Shown here one piece after another: positions 18,897 to 29,664 of a stretch of DNA of 64,000 bases; positions within the stretch are counted from its first letter, which is position 1; the number at the start of each line of letters is the position of its first letter. A model generated the notes under the pieces. It was not told the origin of the DNA. It worked only from the letters and a program-made list of their open reading frames with translations, and made no database searches. This stretch comes from Candidatus Woesearchaeota archaeon (GTDB taxonomy: Archaea > Nanobdellota > Nanobdellia > Woesearchaeales > ARS49): positions 1 through 64,000 of the forward strand of contig JACPID010000003.1 in the NCBI GenBank assembly GCA_016188265.1, written 5' to 3'. The position numbers were made by a program, and so were the translations under genes.

Positions 18897-19181
18897 ATGA
18901 CTGATAAAGAAACACTTTTAAGAGTGGCAAAAAATGCAAGAATAAACCTAACAGAAGAAGAACAAAAAGAATTACTGCCACAACTTCAGGAAATTTTGGA
19001 ATTATTTACAAAACTAAAAGAAGCAGATACAAAAGATGTAAAACCAAGCTTCCACCCAGTTGAATTAAAAAATAAAACAAGAGAAGATAAGCCTAAAAAG
19101 TGTTTAGGCCAAGAAGAAGCATTAGCAAATGTAAAACATGAAAAAGACGGATTTATCAAAGGGCCGAGAATTATAAAATGA
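18897..19181 (+). CDS. gatC: Asp/Glu-tRNA amidotransferase subunit C
   Basis: VAKNARINL...RED...GFIKGPRI; first gene of the gatCAB operon. Confidence 0.92.
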   Translation: MTDKETLLRVAKNARINLTEEEQKELLPQLQEILELFTKLKEADTKDVKPSFHPVELKNKTREDKPKKCLGQEEALANVKHEKDGFIKGPRIIK

Positions 19182-20572
19182 TATCACAACTAGTTTCTAA
19201 TGTAAAAAAAGAAATAATAGACCCTGTTGAAAACACGTATAAAATAATTGAGAAAGCAAAAAAAATAAACAAAGAATACAATTACATAACAACTTTCTCA
19301 GAAGAAAAAGCAATAGAACAAGCAAAACAAGTAAAAAAAAACAAAAAAGGATTGCTGGCTGGATTGCCAATAACAGTTAAAGATTGTATTTGTGTTAAAG
19401 GAATTGAAACAAGCGCAGGCTCAAAAATTCTCAAGGGATACAAACCTGTTTTTAATGCAACAGCAATTAATAATCTTGAAAAACAAGAAGCAATAATTAT
19501 TGGAAAAACTGTTCAAGATGAATTTGGCTTTGGCAGTTTTAATATTAATACAGGATTAGGCTATAACATACCTAAAAATCCAGTAAATAAAGAACATGTT
19601 ACAGGAGGCTCGAGCGGAGGAAGTGCTGGAATTACCAAGCTATTAGATAATCATGCAAGCATTGCAGAAAGCACTGGAGGAAGCATTGAAACTCCTGCTT
19701 CATTTTGTGGAGTTATAGGCTTTTGCCCAACATACAGCAGAGTAAGCAGGTATGGACTAATATCATATGCAAATTCTCTTGACAAAATCGGACCAATAAC
19801 TAAAAGCATCAGCGACACTGCTCTTTTAATGAATGTTATCTCAGGACATGATGAAAATGACTGCACAACATCAAATGAAAAAGTAAGCAACTATACTAAA
19901 GCTCTTGGAAAATCTGTAAAAGGATTACGCATCGGAGTTATGAAAATACCAGAGCTTGACAAAGATATTGATAAAGCGCAATGGAGCGCTATTAAAGAGC
20001 TTGAAGAAAAAGGAGCAAGTTATGAAAAAATTGAGCTTCCAATAACAGAAAAGTATGGAGTTCCAGCATATTACATAATTGCAATGAGCGAAGCATCAAC
20101 AAATCTTGCATGCCTTTCAGGAATGCGATATGGCGTACAAGAAAATCCAGCAATGCACTTTGATGAATATTTTTCAATGATTCGCTCAAGTAATTTTGGC
20201 AAAGAAGCAAAAAGAAGAATTATCCTAGGAACATTTGCGAGAATGGCAGGATACAGAGAAGCATATTATTTGAAAGCAACAAAAATACGCACACTTATTA
20301 TTCAAGAGTACAAAAAACTTTTCAAAAAATATGACATCATTGTATCGCCAACAGTTCCGTTTGTTGCGCCTAAATTAAAAGATGTAGAAAAATTAAGCCC
20401 AGTAAAACAATATTTAGCTGACACGCTTACAGTAGGCCCAAATTTAGCAGGAATTCCTCATATGAGTTTTCCATTTAGAGAAAAAAAAGGGCTTCCAATA
20501 GGAATACAATTTATGAGCGATCATTTTAAAGAAGAAAAGCTAATAACAGTTGGCAGTGAATTAGAAAAATGA
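19178..20572 (+). CDS. gatA: Asp/Glu-tRNA amidotransferase subunit A
   Basis: Amidase signature VKD, GGSSGGS, STGGSI; FGKEAKRRIILGTF. Confidence 0.95.
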   Translation: MISQLVSNVKKEIIDPVENTYKIIEKAKKINKEYNYITTFSEEKAIEQAKQVKKNKKGLLAGLPITVKDCICVKGIETSAGSKILKGYKPVFNATAINNLEKQEAIIIGKTVQDEFGFGSFNINTGLGYNIPKNPVNKEHVTGGSSGGSAGITKLLDNHASIAESTGGSIETPASFCGVIGFCPTYSRVSRYGLISYANSLDKIGPITKSISDTALLMNVISGHDENDCTTSNEKVSNYTKALGKSVKGLRIGVMKIPELDKDIDKAQWSAIKELEEKGASYEKIELPITEKYGVPAYYIIAMSEASTNLACLSGMRYGVQENPAMHFDEYFSMIRSSNFGKEAKRRIILGTFARMAGYREAYYLKATKIRTLIIQEYKKLFKKYDIIVSPTVPFVAPKLKDVEKLSPVKQYLADTLTVGPNLAGIPHMSFPFREKKGLPIGIQFMSDHFKEEKLITVGSELEK

Positions 20573-21981
20573 GCTTAAAAATAGGCTTAGAAATACATGC
20601 AAGTTTGTTAACAAAAACAAAACTATTTTGTTCTTGCCAAGCTTATGGAGCAAAAGAACCAAATACGCAAACTTGTCCAGTGTGCCTGGGGCATCCTGGA
20701 AGCAAGCCTGTATTAAATAAAAAAGCGCTTGATTATGCGCTTAAGCTATGTCTAGCACTCCATTGTGAAATATCTCAAGAAGCAATATTTTCAAGAAAAT
20801 CATATTTTTATCCAGATCTTGCAAAAAATTATCAAATCACGCAATATGAAATTCCCTTGGGAAAAAATGGAAATATACAAGTAAGTAAAAATAAAATAAA
20901 AATAAGAAGAGTACATTTAGAAGAAGATCCAGGAGCCTTAGTTCATGTTGGAGGTAAAAGCAAAGCAAGCATATCTCTTGTAGATTATAACAGGTCAGGA
21001 CTGCCTTTATGTGAAATAGTAACAGAGCCGGTAATAACAAGTGCTTCTGAAGCAAGAGAAGTTGTAAAACAATTAACATCAATTCTAGAATATCTTGAAA
21101 TATTTGACATAAAAATATGCGAATTAAAAGCAGATGTTAATTGCAGCATTGAACAAAGCGGGTATACGCGTGTTGAAATAAAAAACATCACAGGCTTTAA
21201 AGAAATAGAACAAGCTGTAATATATGAGATAAAAAGACAGGAGAATCTAGTGAAAAAAGGCGGAAGAATTATTCAGGAAACCAGAGGATGGGACTCAGAA
21301 AAAAAAGAAACATATACTTTACGTACAAAAGAAACAGAAGAAGACTACGGATACATAACTGACACTGATCTTGTGCCTCAAGAAATTACCAAAGAAACAA
21401 TTGAAACTTTAAGAAGAGAACTGCCTGAATTGCCGCAACAAAAAGCAGAAAAATATGCTAAAAAATACAGCATAGATAAAATTGATGCAGAAATAATTGC
21501 GCAAGACAAACATGTAGCAGAATTATTTGAAAAAATAATTAAAAAAATTGATCCAAAATTAACAGCAAAATGGTTTAGGCATGAACTTTTACGCGTAATA
21601 AACTTAACAGAAAAAACAATCCATGAACTAAACTTAAAAGAAGAGCACATTCTTGAAATATTGAGTTTAATAAAAGAAGAAACAATAACAGAAAAAACTG
21701 CAAAAGAAATTGTTGAAAATTTGGTTAAAAAACCATTCTCTCCTAAACAATACATAAAAGAAAAAGGCCTGGAAATGAAAAAAAATATTTATGAACTTGA
21801 AAATTTATGCAAAGAAGCAGTTAAAGAAAATCAAAATGCAGTAAAAGATTATTTAGCCGGAGAAGAAAAATCAATAAACTTTATAATCGGCAAAGTTATG
21901 GGTAAAACTAAAGGAACAGCAAAACCGCAAGAATTGAAGGAAATAATTAAAAATATAATCCATGATGAGAACACACAATAA
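20569..21981 (+). CDS. gatB: Asp/Glu-tRNA amidotransferase subunit B
   Basis: IGLEIH, RKSYFYPDL, HLEEDPG, DYNRSG, RVEIKN. Confidence 0.97.
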   Translation: MSLKIGLEIHASLLTKTKLFCSCQAYGAKEPNTQTCPVCLGHPGSKPVLNKKALDYALKLCLALHCEISQEAIFSRKSYFYPDLAKNYQITQYEIPLGKNGNIQVSKNKIKIRRVHLEEDPGALVHVGGKSKASISLVDYNRSGLPLCEIVTEPVITSASEAREVVKQLTSILEYLEIFDIKICELKADVNCSIEQSGYTRVEIKNITGFKEIEQAVIYEIKRQENLVKKGGRIIQETRGWDSEKKETYTLRTKETEEDYGYITDTDLVPQEITKETIETLRRELPELPQQKAEKYAKKYSIDKIDAEIIAQDKHVAELFEKIIKKIDPKLTAKWFRHELLRVINLTEKTIHELNLKEEHILEILSLIKEETITEKTAKEIVENLVKKPFSPKQYIKEKGLEMKKNIYELENLCKEAVKENQNAVKDYLAGEEKSINFIIGKVMGKTKGTAKPQELKEIIKNIIHDENTQ

Positions 21982-23725
21982 CGGAGCATTAAGAAAAAAA
22001 GACATTAAAAAAGCAGTAACGCTCTGCGGATGGATTCATTCTATCAGAGACCATGGAGGAGTTATTTTTATAGATTTAAGAGATAGGTATGGATTTACTC
22101 AAGTAGTTTTTAATCCTGAACATAATAAAAAAATTCATGAAGAATCAATAAAACTAAAAAGAGAAGATGTTATTCAAGTAACAGGAACAGTTGTTCTCAG
22201 AAGCAAAGATACAATTAATCTAAACATGCCTACTGGAGAAGTTGAAGTTGTTGTTAATCAATTAAATGTTCTTGCAAAAAGTAAAACTCCGCCTATTGAA
22301 ATTGACGAGTTCAAGCCAGCAGGCGAAGAAGCAAGACTAAAGTACAGATATCTTGATCTTAGAAAAACAAGCATGAAGGAAAAAATTGAGTTCAGGCATA
22401 AAATTGCGCAATCAGTGCGTGAATACCTAAATAAACAGGATTTTTTAGAAATAGAAACACCATTTTTAATAAAGTCAACACCAGAAGGAGCAAGAGACTA
22501 TATAGTTCCATCACGCATCCATGCTGGAAAATTTTACGCACTTCCACAATCACCACAAATTTACAAACAACTACTTATGATGTCTGGTTTAGACAAGTAC
22601 TACCAACTGGCAAGATGCATGAGAGATGAAGACCTGCGAGCAGATAGGCAGCCAGAGTTTACACAAATTGATCTGGAAATGAGTTTTGTAACAGAAGAAG
22701 ACATTTATTCCATAATAGAAGAATTAATCAAACACGTATTTAAAACAGTTGGGAAAAAAACCAGCACTCCTTTTCAAAGAATCTCGTATACAGATTCAAT
22801 CAACAAATACGGCGTAGACAAGCCTGATATAAGATACGGACTTGAATTTATTGATGTAACTGATGCTGTAAAATATTCTGATTTTCAAGTTTTCAAAGAT
22901 GTTATTAAAAAAAACGGAATAATAAAATGCATAAATCCTAACAAAGACTTTGGAAGAAAAGAACTTGACTTGTACATAGAATATGCACAAAATATTGGAG
23001 CAAAAGGCATGGCTTGGATGAAAGTAACAAAAAAAGGACTGGAATCAAACATTGTAAAATACTTCACCAAAGAAATTCAAGATAAAATACTTAAAACAAC
23101 CAAAGCAAAAACAAACAGCACATTAATGTTTATTGCAGGACATCAAAAAAGAGTGCATCATGTATTAGCTGAATTAAGAAAAAAAATCAGCGAAGACCTA
23201 AAATTATACAATCCTGAAGAATTTGCATTTTGCTGGATTAATAATTTTCCTTTATTTGAAAAAAATGAAGAAACAGGAAAACTTGAACCAGCACACCACA
23301 TGTTCTGCAAACCAAAAGAAGGACATGAAAAACTGCTCAAAAACAATCCTGAAAAAGTAATCTGTACACAATATGATCTAGTTTTAAATGGCATTGAATT
23401 AGGTTCTGGAAGTTTACGCATTAATGAGCCTAAATTACAAGAGCAAGTAATGGATGCTATTGGAATGAATGAAAAAGAAAAACAACAATTCTCATTTTTT
23501 TTAGAAGCATTATCATACGGAGCTCCGCCACACGGAGGAATAGCCTTAGGATTTGACAGACTTGTTGCATTGCTCATAGGACTTCACGACATTAGGGAAG
23601 TTATTGCATTTCCAAAAAATAAAGCAGCAGAATCACTTGTTGACGGAGCACCAACATTTATTGATGAACAATTACTAAAGGATGCGCACATAAAGAACCA
23701 AGAGCGCCAACTAGATATGAATTAA
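21962..23725 (+). CDS. aspS: Bacterial-type aspartyl-tRNA synthetase (probably non-discriminating)
   Basis: MRTH, RDHGGVIF, STPEGARDY, DEDLRADRQPEFTQ, GAD insertion, GAPPHGG. Confidence 0.96.
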   Translation: MMRTHNNGALRKKDIKKAVTLCGWIHSIRDHGGVIFIDLRDRYGFTQVVFNPEHNKKIHEESIKLKREDVIQVTGTVVLRSKDTINLNMPTGEVEVVVNQLNVLAKSKTPPIEIDEFKPAGEEARLKYRYLDLRKTSMKEKIEFRHKIAQSVREYLNKQDFLEIETPFLIKSTPEGARDYIVPSRIHAGKFYALPQSPQIYKQLLMMSGLDKYYQLARCMRDEDLRADRQPEFTQIDLEMSFVTEEDIYSIIEELIKHVFKTVGKKTSTPFQRISYTDSINKYGVDKPDIRYGLEFIDVTDAVKYSDFQVFKDVIKKNGIIKCINPNKDFGRKELDLYIEYAQNIGAKGMAWMKVTKKGLESNIVKYFTKEIQDKILKTTKAKTNSTLMFIAGHQKRVHHVLAELRKKISEDLKLYNPEEFAFCWINNFPLFEKNEETGKLEPAHHMFCKPKEGHEKLLKNNPEKVICTQYDLVLNGIELGSGSLRINEPKLQEQVMDAIGMNEKEKQQFSFFLEALSYGAPPHGGIALGFDRLVALLIGLHDIREVIAFPKNKAAESLVDGAPTFIDEQLLKDAHIKNQERQLDMN

Positions 23726-23736
23726 AAGCCAAAGAA

Positions 23737-23982
23737 TTAATCATAAACATCTTTGCGATGATCAAAACAGTTAATGATAATTTTGTCTTGTTCAATTCTG
23801 TAAATTATCCTAAATGGGGCAACTCTTACACTACGATGATTCTTCAAATCATATTTTAATGGCTTGCCTATTTCTGGACTTTCAGAAAGTTTTTTTAATT
23901 GTTTGATAATCTTTAGTCTTGTTGTTTTATCTTTAAGTTTCTTAAAGTCTTTTCTGAACTCATCAGAAAATACGATTTCCAT
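23737..23982 (-). CDS. RelE/ParE family toxin
   Basis: FRKDFKKL...PEIGKPL...RSVRVAPFRIIY...HRKDVY. Confidence 0.9.
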   Translation of the reverse strand: MEIVFSDEFRKDFKKLKDKTTRLKIIKQLKKLSESPEIGKPLKYDLKNHRSVRVAPFRIIYRIEQDKIIINCFDHRKDVYD

Positions 23983-23983
23983 T

Positions 23984-24274
23984 TTACGCCATCAATAGAT
24001 CATCAATTTCTTCGTCACTCATAGAAGTGTCTGCTTTGACAGCTTTCCCTCTACTTATTTGTTCTTCACTTCTTTCAATAGCTTCTATTAAGCGAAGGTC
24101 TCGTGCTAGAGTTTCTTTTCTAATCATTTTTAATAAAATATTTCCTCCCTCATTAAAGACAAGAAATTTTGTTGATGCCTTTATTCCTGCATCTTTCCTA
24201 ATTTCAGCAGTGATTACCACTTGTCCATTTTCCGATAATTTTGTTATTGAAACTTCCATTTTTTTCACATACAA
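23984..24274 (-). CDS. AbrB/MazE family antitoxin
   Basis: TKLSENGQVVITAEIRKDAGI; directly upstream of the RelE gene; start may be 24259. Confidence 0.85.
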   Translation of the reverse strand: MYVKKMEVSITKLSENGQVVITAEIRKDAGIKASTKFLVFNEGGNILLKMIRKETLARDLRLIEAIERSEEQISRGKAVKADTSMSDEEIDDLLMA

Positions 24275-24321
24275 TGTATTTTAATATTAAAACATCTTTT
24301 ATATTTAAACTTTTCTGTTTT

Positions 24322-24413
24322 TTAGTTGAGGACATAAGTAAAGCATATATTATTCAACCTCAACTAAGTTGAAAAAGACAAACTATTTTATGTGTTACTT
24401 TTGTCTTTTTCTA
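24322..24413 (-). repeat. Double-hairpin dispersed repeat, family B, copy 2
   Basis: Stems TTAGTTGAGG/CCTCAACTAA and GAAAAAGACAAA/TTTGTCTTTTTC; inverted homologue of 4809-4897. Confidence 0.85.
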
Positions 24414-24456
24414 TTTTTACTAAACACTTAAAAACACTGCACATTGAAGTACACCT

Positions 24457-25746
24457 ATGAAATACGTGTCTATCGCAGAAGCAATAGAAAAAGGCAAAGG
24501 AACAGTAGAATTAAGAGGATGGTGTTATAGAGAAAGAAAAAGCAATAAGTATGCATTTATTGTTTTAAGAGATAATACTGATATTATTCAATGCATTGTA
24601 GAAAAAGAAAATGTACTGCCAGAAGTATGGGCTCAAGTTGAAAACCTGCTAATAGAAAGCAGCCTTACAATAAAAGGGGAAATTGTTAAAGAACCAAGAG
24701 CGCCAACTGGATATGAATTAAAAGCCAAAGAATTAAAAATTATTCAATTTGCAGACAGATTTCCAATTACAAAGGACCAAAGCACTGAGTTTTTACTTGA
24801 TAAAAGACATTTATGGATAAGAAGCAGGGAATTAACAAATGTTTGGAAAATAAAAGCGCAATTACTTAAAGCATGCAGAGAATTTTTTGATAAAAAAAAA
24901 TATTATGAAGTCACACCGCCAATAATTACTGGAAGTTCTTGCGAAGGAGGATCTACACTTTTTGAATTAAAATATTTTGATGACAAAGCATATCTTTCAC
25001 AATCAGCTCAGCTTTATTTAGAAGCAATGATTTTCAGCCTTGAAAAAGTATGGGCCTTAACACCGAGTTTTCGCGCAGAGCCTAGCAAAACAACAAGACA
25101 TTTAACAGAATATTGGCATTTAGAAGCAGAAGCTGCATGGATGAATTTTGAAGATTTGCTTAAACTAGAAGAAGAATTAGTAAGCTACATTTGCCAATAT
25201 GTTGCAAAAAATTGTAAAAAAGAACTTGCAGTTTTAGGAAGAGATCCTAAAGATTTAGAAAAAATAAAACCTCCTTTTCCAAGAATAACATATGATGAAG
25301 CAATCAAAATACTAAAACAAGATGAAATTAGTATAGACTGGGGAAAAGATTTGCGCACAATCGAAGAAGATCAACTAATGAAGCATTACGACAAACCTCT
25401 TATAGTTACAAAATATCCTAAAAAAATCAAAGCATTTTACATGAAAGAAGATCCTGAAAACAAAGATGTTGTTTTATGCTGCGATGTAATTGCTCCAGAA
25501 GGATATGGAGAAATAATAGGCAGCAGTGAAAGAGAAACAGATCTTGAAAATCTAAAACAAAGACTTAAAGAACAAGGAGAAAAAATCGAAGATTATGAAT
25601 GGTATCTTGATTTAAGATGTTTTGGCAGTGTACCTCATTCTGGATTTGGATTAGGAGTTGAAAGAGTGCTTAGATGGATTTGCAAATTAGAAACAGTCAG
25701 AGACTGCATACCCTTTCCAAGAACAATTAAAAGAATGACTCCTTAA
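24457..25746 (+). CDS. asnS: Asparaginyl-tRNA synthetase
   Basis: EFLLDKRHLWIRS, YLSQSAQLYLE, FRAEPSKTTRHLTEYW, GYGEIIGSSERE, VPHSGFGLGVER. Confidence 0.95.
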   Translation: MKYVSIAEAIEKGKGTVELRGWCYRERKSNKYAFIVLRDNTDIIQCIVEKENVLPEVWAQVENLLIESSLTIKGEIVKEPRAPTGYELKAKELKIIQFADRFPITKDQSTEFLLDKRHLWIRSRELTNVWKIKAQLLKACREFFDKKKYYEVTPPIITGSSCEGGSTLFELKYFDDKAYLSQSAQLYLEAMIFSLEKVWALTPSFRAEPSKTTRHLTEYWHLEAEAAWMNFEDLLKLEEELVSYICQYVAKNCKKELAVLGRDPKDLEKIKPPFPRITYDEAIKILKQDEISIDWGKDLRTIEEDQLMKHYDKPLIVTKYPKKIKAFYMKEDPENKDVVLCCDVIAPEGYGEIIGSSERETDLENLKQRLKEQGEKIEDYEWYLDLRCFGSVPHSGFGLGVERVLRWICKLETVRDCIPFPRTIKRMTP

Positions 25747-26037
25747 TTAACTTAATAACATCTTAATTCTATCAAGAACTTCTTTTTTCTCAAAAGGTTT
25801 CTCAAGTAAAGGTATTAAATACATCAAAAGATTGTGTTTTTCTTCTGCTTTTACAAGCACAACATTATCAGAAGCAACTGCAGTCCTATAATCTTCAATA
25901 GCATTTGATAAATCAACAAGAATTACTTTTAAAGCAGTTATGCGTGATTTACCAATATCCTTATCATTTTGCACTGTACTTTTAAGCAATTGAACTTCTG
26001 CTTTTAATGTTTCTAAAACTGATTTTAATGCAGGCAT
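25747..26037 (-). CDS. Hypothetical protein
   Basis: 96-aa helical ORF with TATA-like sequence upstream. Confidence 0.6.
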   Translation of the reverse strand: MPALKSVLETLKAEVQLLKSTVQNDKDIGKSRITALKVILVDLSNAIEDYRTAVASDNVVLVKAEEKHNLLMYLIPLLEKPFEKKEVLDRIKMLLS

Positions 26038-26092
26038 GCAATAAGGTTAAACAAGCAAATTTAAATTGATTTAGCTTTTCCAATATTATAAT

Positions 26093-26317
26093 ATGCGAAT
26101 ATACAAAATATCTGGCTGGAAAGTATGGCTAATATTACTTATAGCAATGATAATTTTTATAGCATTATTTATTATTGCAATCCACATATTTATTTTTCTT
26201 CTACCACTAATTCTAGCAATTGTTCTCATGAGTTTGCTATGGAATTTATTCTCTAAAAAAAGAAAGTATAAAAGAAAAGAAAAAGATTTTATTGATGTTC
26301 AGTGTCAAGTGAAATGA
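26093..26317 (+). CDS. Small membrane protein
   Basis: Long hydrophobic hairpin, basic tail, ends FIDVQCQVK. Confidence 0.65.
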   Translation: MRIYKISGWKVWLILLIAMIIFIALFIIAIHIFIFLLPLILAIVLMSLLWNLFSKKRKYKRKEKDFIDVQCQVK

Positions 26318-27515
26318 GTGAATTAATTGACTTCACTGAATCGTCAAGGATTCTTTTTTCAAAATCAGCAATTTTTTCACCTTCTTCTTTTTCAACAGAT
26401 AAAACCTGTGCAAGTTTTTTAACTAATCCTATTTGTTTTTCAACAGATGTTAACTGGTGCTGTTTTGTATTTTCCTGAATAATCTTTTCTTCTAAAACAT
26501 CAACATTTTCTGAAGAAATCTTAATTTCTTCAAATTCTTTTGAGCTTAATTTAGAAGTATTTTTTAGCATAGCATAAGCGCCTTGCTGTTCAAGATATTC
26601 AAAAATTTTCTGCATTAAAATATCAGAAGGCTTTCCTGAACACAAAACTCCTTTAAACCTTAATAAAACAATTGCATTCTCTACATTTTTTATTTGAGAA
26701 AAACAATAATCCTCAACTTGGCCAGGCGTTTTGCTATTACAATCAATTGTTAAAGAAACAACCTGGTGAAGCGGCAATGAAACATGTTTTACTCTAAAAT
26801 CTTCAACAATACAAAACGAGCCGTGTTTTAATTTTTCCAACTCTGAGAAATTATTTGGAAATGTAGGCCCTGGAAAAACAATATTTTGATAACCATCTAA
26901 ATCTTGACGATCAACAACATGAACATGGCCCCCTGCATAATAATTAAAACCTTTTGGTAAAAAAGAAACTTCCATTGCATCCATTTCCTCAAGATCTTTG
27001 GGCTTAAGTTCATTAATTGCAGAATGAAATAAAAAAATTTTATTTCCACGCTCATTTTCCAAAGATTCTCTGAGAAGATCCTCATAATAGTACTTATCTA
27101 AACCTCCTTTTTTTCCAATAATGCCTGTTATTTTAACTCCAGTTTTTGAGTCAACAGTAAAATGAAGCTTTAATTTGCCATCAACCACACTTCCTTTAGC
27201 TACATTAATGCCCAATCCAGCACGATCAATAATATCAAGCATTGTTTTTCCACTGGGGCTAAAATCATGGCTTCCTGCAATAAAATAAACAGGAATACTT
27301 GCATCATGGATTCTTTTCAATTGTTCAACAGCAAGTTTAATACTATCAATATCAGGAATTGCTGTATTAAAAAGATCGCCACATAAAAGAACAAAATCAA
27401 CATTTTCCTGCAAAATAATATCAACTGCTTTTACAAATGATTTTATGTTTAAATCACGCAATTTAGGTTCTTTCCAACCACCAATGTGAATATCAGACAT
27501 ATGAGCAAACTTCAT
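26289..27515 (-). CDS. mre11: DNA double-strand break repair nuclease Mre11
   Basis: SDIHIG, GDLF, AGSHD, FHS and AGGHVH metallophosphoesterase motifs. Confidence 0.92.
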   Translation of the reverse strand: MKFAHMSDIHIGGWKEPKLRDLNIKSFVKAVDIILQENVDFVLLCGDLFNTAIPDIDSIKLAVEQLKRIHDASIPVYFIAGSHDFSPSGKTMLDIIDRAGLGINVAKGSVVDGKLKLHFTVDSKTGVKITGIIGKKGGLDKYYYEDLLRESLENERGNKIFLFHSAINELKPKDLEEMDAMEVSFLPKGFNYYAGGHVHVVDRQDLDGYQNIVFPGPTFPNNFSELEKLKHGSFCIVEDFRVKHVSLPLHQVVSLTIDCNSKTPGQVEDYCFSQIKNVENAIVLLRFKGVLCSGKPSDILMQKIFEYLEQQGAYAMLKNTSKLSSKEFEEIKISSENVDVLEEKIIQENTKQHQLTSVEKQIGLVKKLAQVLSVEKEEGEKIADFEKRILDDSVKSINSLISLDTEHQ

Positions 27516-27550
27516 TATATCTGGTAAAAAGCAGTAATTTATAAGAATTA

Positions 27551-28000
27551 TTATATTAATTTAGCTAAGTCTAAATTTTTTAATCCAGAAATATCATTGC
27601 GTATTAATTCTGCCAATGTTCTTTTGATATCATGAAGTTTTTCTATACAATGTAAAGTAGTTATGCTACTTAAAGATTCAGCGATGCTACTTAAAGATTG
27701 TTCTGATTGTTCTGCTGAAGATTCGAATTTGTGCGTTAAAAAAAAATCGCTTAAATCAGTTATGTATTGATCTTCAGATGTGAACTTAAGATCTCTAACA
27801 TATTTCTGAAAATCAGAAATAATCCAGATGATACTAGCATGAATTCCCCTCATAGTATCATATTCATAATATACACTTTTATGCGCAGGATGGTCAAGAA
27901 AATCATGTTGTTTTTCTTCGTAGGTTCTTGCATAATCAACAATTTTTTTCAGTACTGAAAGAACTATATCAGGATATTCTTTTAAACACGATTCAGCCAT
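27551..28000 (-). CDS. Hypothetical protein
   Basis: 149-aa ORF between the GGDEF gene and mre11. Confidence 0.6.
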   Translation of the reverse strand: MAESCLKEYPDIVLSVLKKIVDYARTYEEKQHDFLDHPAHKSVYYEYDTMRGIHASIIWIISDFQKYVRDLKFTSEDQYITDLSDFFLTHKFESSAEQSEQSLSSIAESLSSITTLHCIEKLHDIKRTLAELIRNDISGLKNLDLAKLI

Positions 28001-28098
28001 AAAAAACTAGAATAATTTATGATTTAAAACTATTATGATTATTAGATTCACAGCCTTAGTCTTCACAGTACTTCTGCAGAGATTGATTTATTAGGCAG

Positions 28099-28174
28099 TA
28101 ATTAACTTTGCCACCTGCGAAATAAAATACAACTTAAACTACTCCTCTATCTATTCAAGTGGCAAAGTTAATTA
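28099..28174. mobile_element. MITE-like element at the 3' end of the GGDEF gene
   Basis: TAATTA-ACTTTGCCAC ... GTGGCAAAGT-TAATTA: a 16-bp inverted repeat, or 10-bp TIRs with a 6-bp target duplication. Confidence 0.55.
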
Positions 28175-29664
28175 GTAAGGTATTCTTGAATAATTTGTAT
28201 ATGATTTTTACCTCTACGTTTAGCCTCATACAAAGCTGCATCAGCTATTTCAAATAATTTTTTTGACAATTGGTCTGCATTTTCAATAGTTATTAATTTG
28301 CCTTTTCCATTAAAAAAAGCAAGACCTCCTGAAATAGTGAATTTATCATCAATGCCAATTCGCTTAAAAAAAATAGGACTTTCTTTTTCAATAAGCAAAC
28401 GTAAACGATTTACTACGCCAACAATCTCATGAAAGTCAGCAGGAGAAAAAATAACGCAAAACTCTTCCCCACCATAACGAAAAACAAGATCTTTAGCTTT
28501 AAGGGCTTTTCTTGAAGTATTTCCCAAAAACCGAAGCACATTATCCCCAACTGCGTGGCCGTAAGTATCATTTATTCTTTTAAAATTATCACCATCAAAA
28601 ACAAGCAGGCATAACTGAGAACTATCTTTGCTTGCTCTCTGAATTAGTTCTGGAATTTTCTTCCAAAAATATTTTTTTGTAAAACAATTAGTCAACTGAT
28701 CAATCAATGCTTCAAGCGCTGCAGCAGCAAGTTCTTTTTTTTCACGCAAAGAAAGCCATAAAGAACGAAGAGAATATCTTGATAAGGTTTTTTTACAAGG
28801 ATCATCAAGCATATCGCTATGCTCCATAAGCAAAGACTGATATTCTAAAACTTCTTCAGGTTTTGTAAAAGTTCTCAAGTCTTCTTTTACATCTGATAAT
28901 GTTATAACAGTTTTTTTTGAAAATGAAAAAAACATCATCTTTCTAGTTATTAAATCATGAATTTGTGTTTTTACAGTTCTCTTTTTTTCAAAAATATTTT
29001 GCAAAGGTGCAAGACATTCATTTTTTTCTTTGTATAAAGATAAAATGATTGCATAAATAATTTCTTCAAGCTCTTCTTCTTTTGCTCTAATCTGATCTTT
29101 ATTAATTTCACTTAAGTGTTCATACCATTGAAATACTTCATCTTCTTTTTGTAAAAAAAGTTTTTGATCATTAATATAAATTTCAAATTTGTCAAGAATA
29201 TGTAAAATCTGGTCTGCTAAAGAATCTTCTTCATGTTCTTTTTCAAGCGCTTGCGAGATTTTTTTAGCGCTTAATCCTATTTTTTTAACAGCCATAGAAT
29301 TTAAAGCTTCATTCTCCTTTGCTTCTAAAAAATCACGCCACTCTTTTGATAAAATGCTCTCCTCTTTTGCAGTAAGAGTTTTTTCTTCAAGTAAAAGCGC
29401 ATATTCTTTTTTTTCATAATCTAAAATTGATTGAAACTTTGAAAAAATCTGCCTCCGGATCTTTTCAATTTCGGATTTTATATGAAATATATTTGATAAA
29501 TCGCTCGCATCTCTAAGTTGCCTGCTCCACCAAACGAGATTTGCAATAAGTTTTTTATGCTCCTTAATAGTATTTAAACGATCAAAAAAACTTTTGAAAA
29601 CTTCCTGTTCTTGTTCACCTATTTTTTTAAATGCAACATACAATCTCTCAATATCATTGTTCAT
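28168..29664 (-). CDS. Diguanylate cyclase (coiled-coil N-terminus plus GGDEF domain)
   Basis: [43 protein letters not shown]; 4-bp overlap with herA stop. Confidence 0.93.
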   Translation of the reverse strand: MNNDIERLYVAFKKIGEQEQEVFKSFFDRLNTIKEHKKLIANLVWWSRQLRDASDLSNIFHIKSEIEKIRRQIFSKFQSILDYEKKEYALLLEEKTLTAKEESILSKEWRDFLEAKENEALNSMAVKKIGLSAKKISQALEKEHEEDSLADQILHILDKFEIYINDQKLFLQKEDEVFQWYEHLSEINKDQIRAKEEELEEIIYAIILSLYKEKNECLAPLQNIFEKKRTVKTQIHDLITRKMMFFSFSKKTVITLSDVKEDLRTFTKPEEVLEYQSLLMEHSDMLDDPCKKTLSRYSLRSLWLSLREKKELAAAALEALIDQLTNCFTKKYFWKKIPELIQRASKDSSQLCLLVFDGDNFKRINDTYGHAVGDNVLRFLGNTSRKALKAKDLVFRYGGEEFCVIFSPADFHEIVGVVNRLRLLIEKESPIFFKRIGIDDKFTISGGLAFFNGKGKLITIENADQLSKKLFEIADAALYEAKRRGKNHIQIIQEYLTN

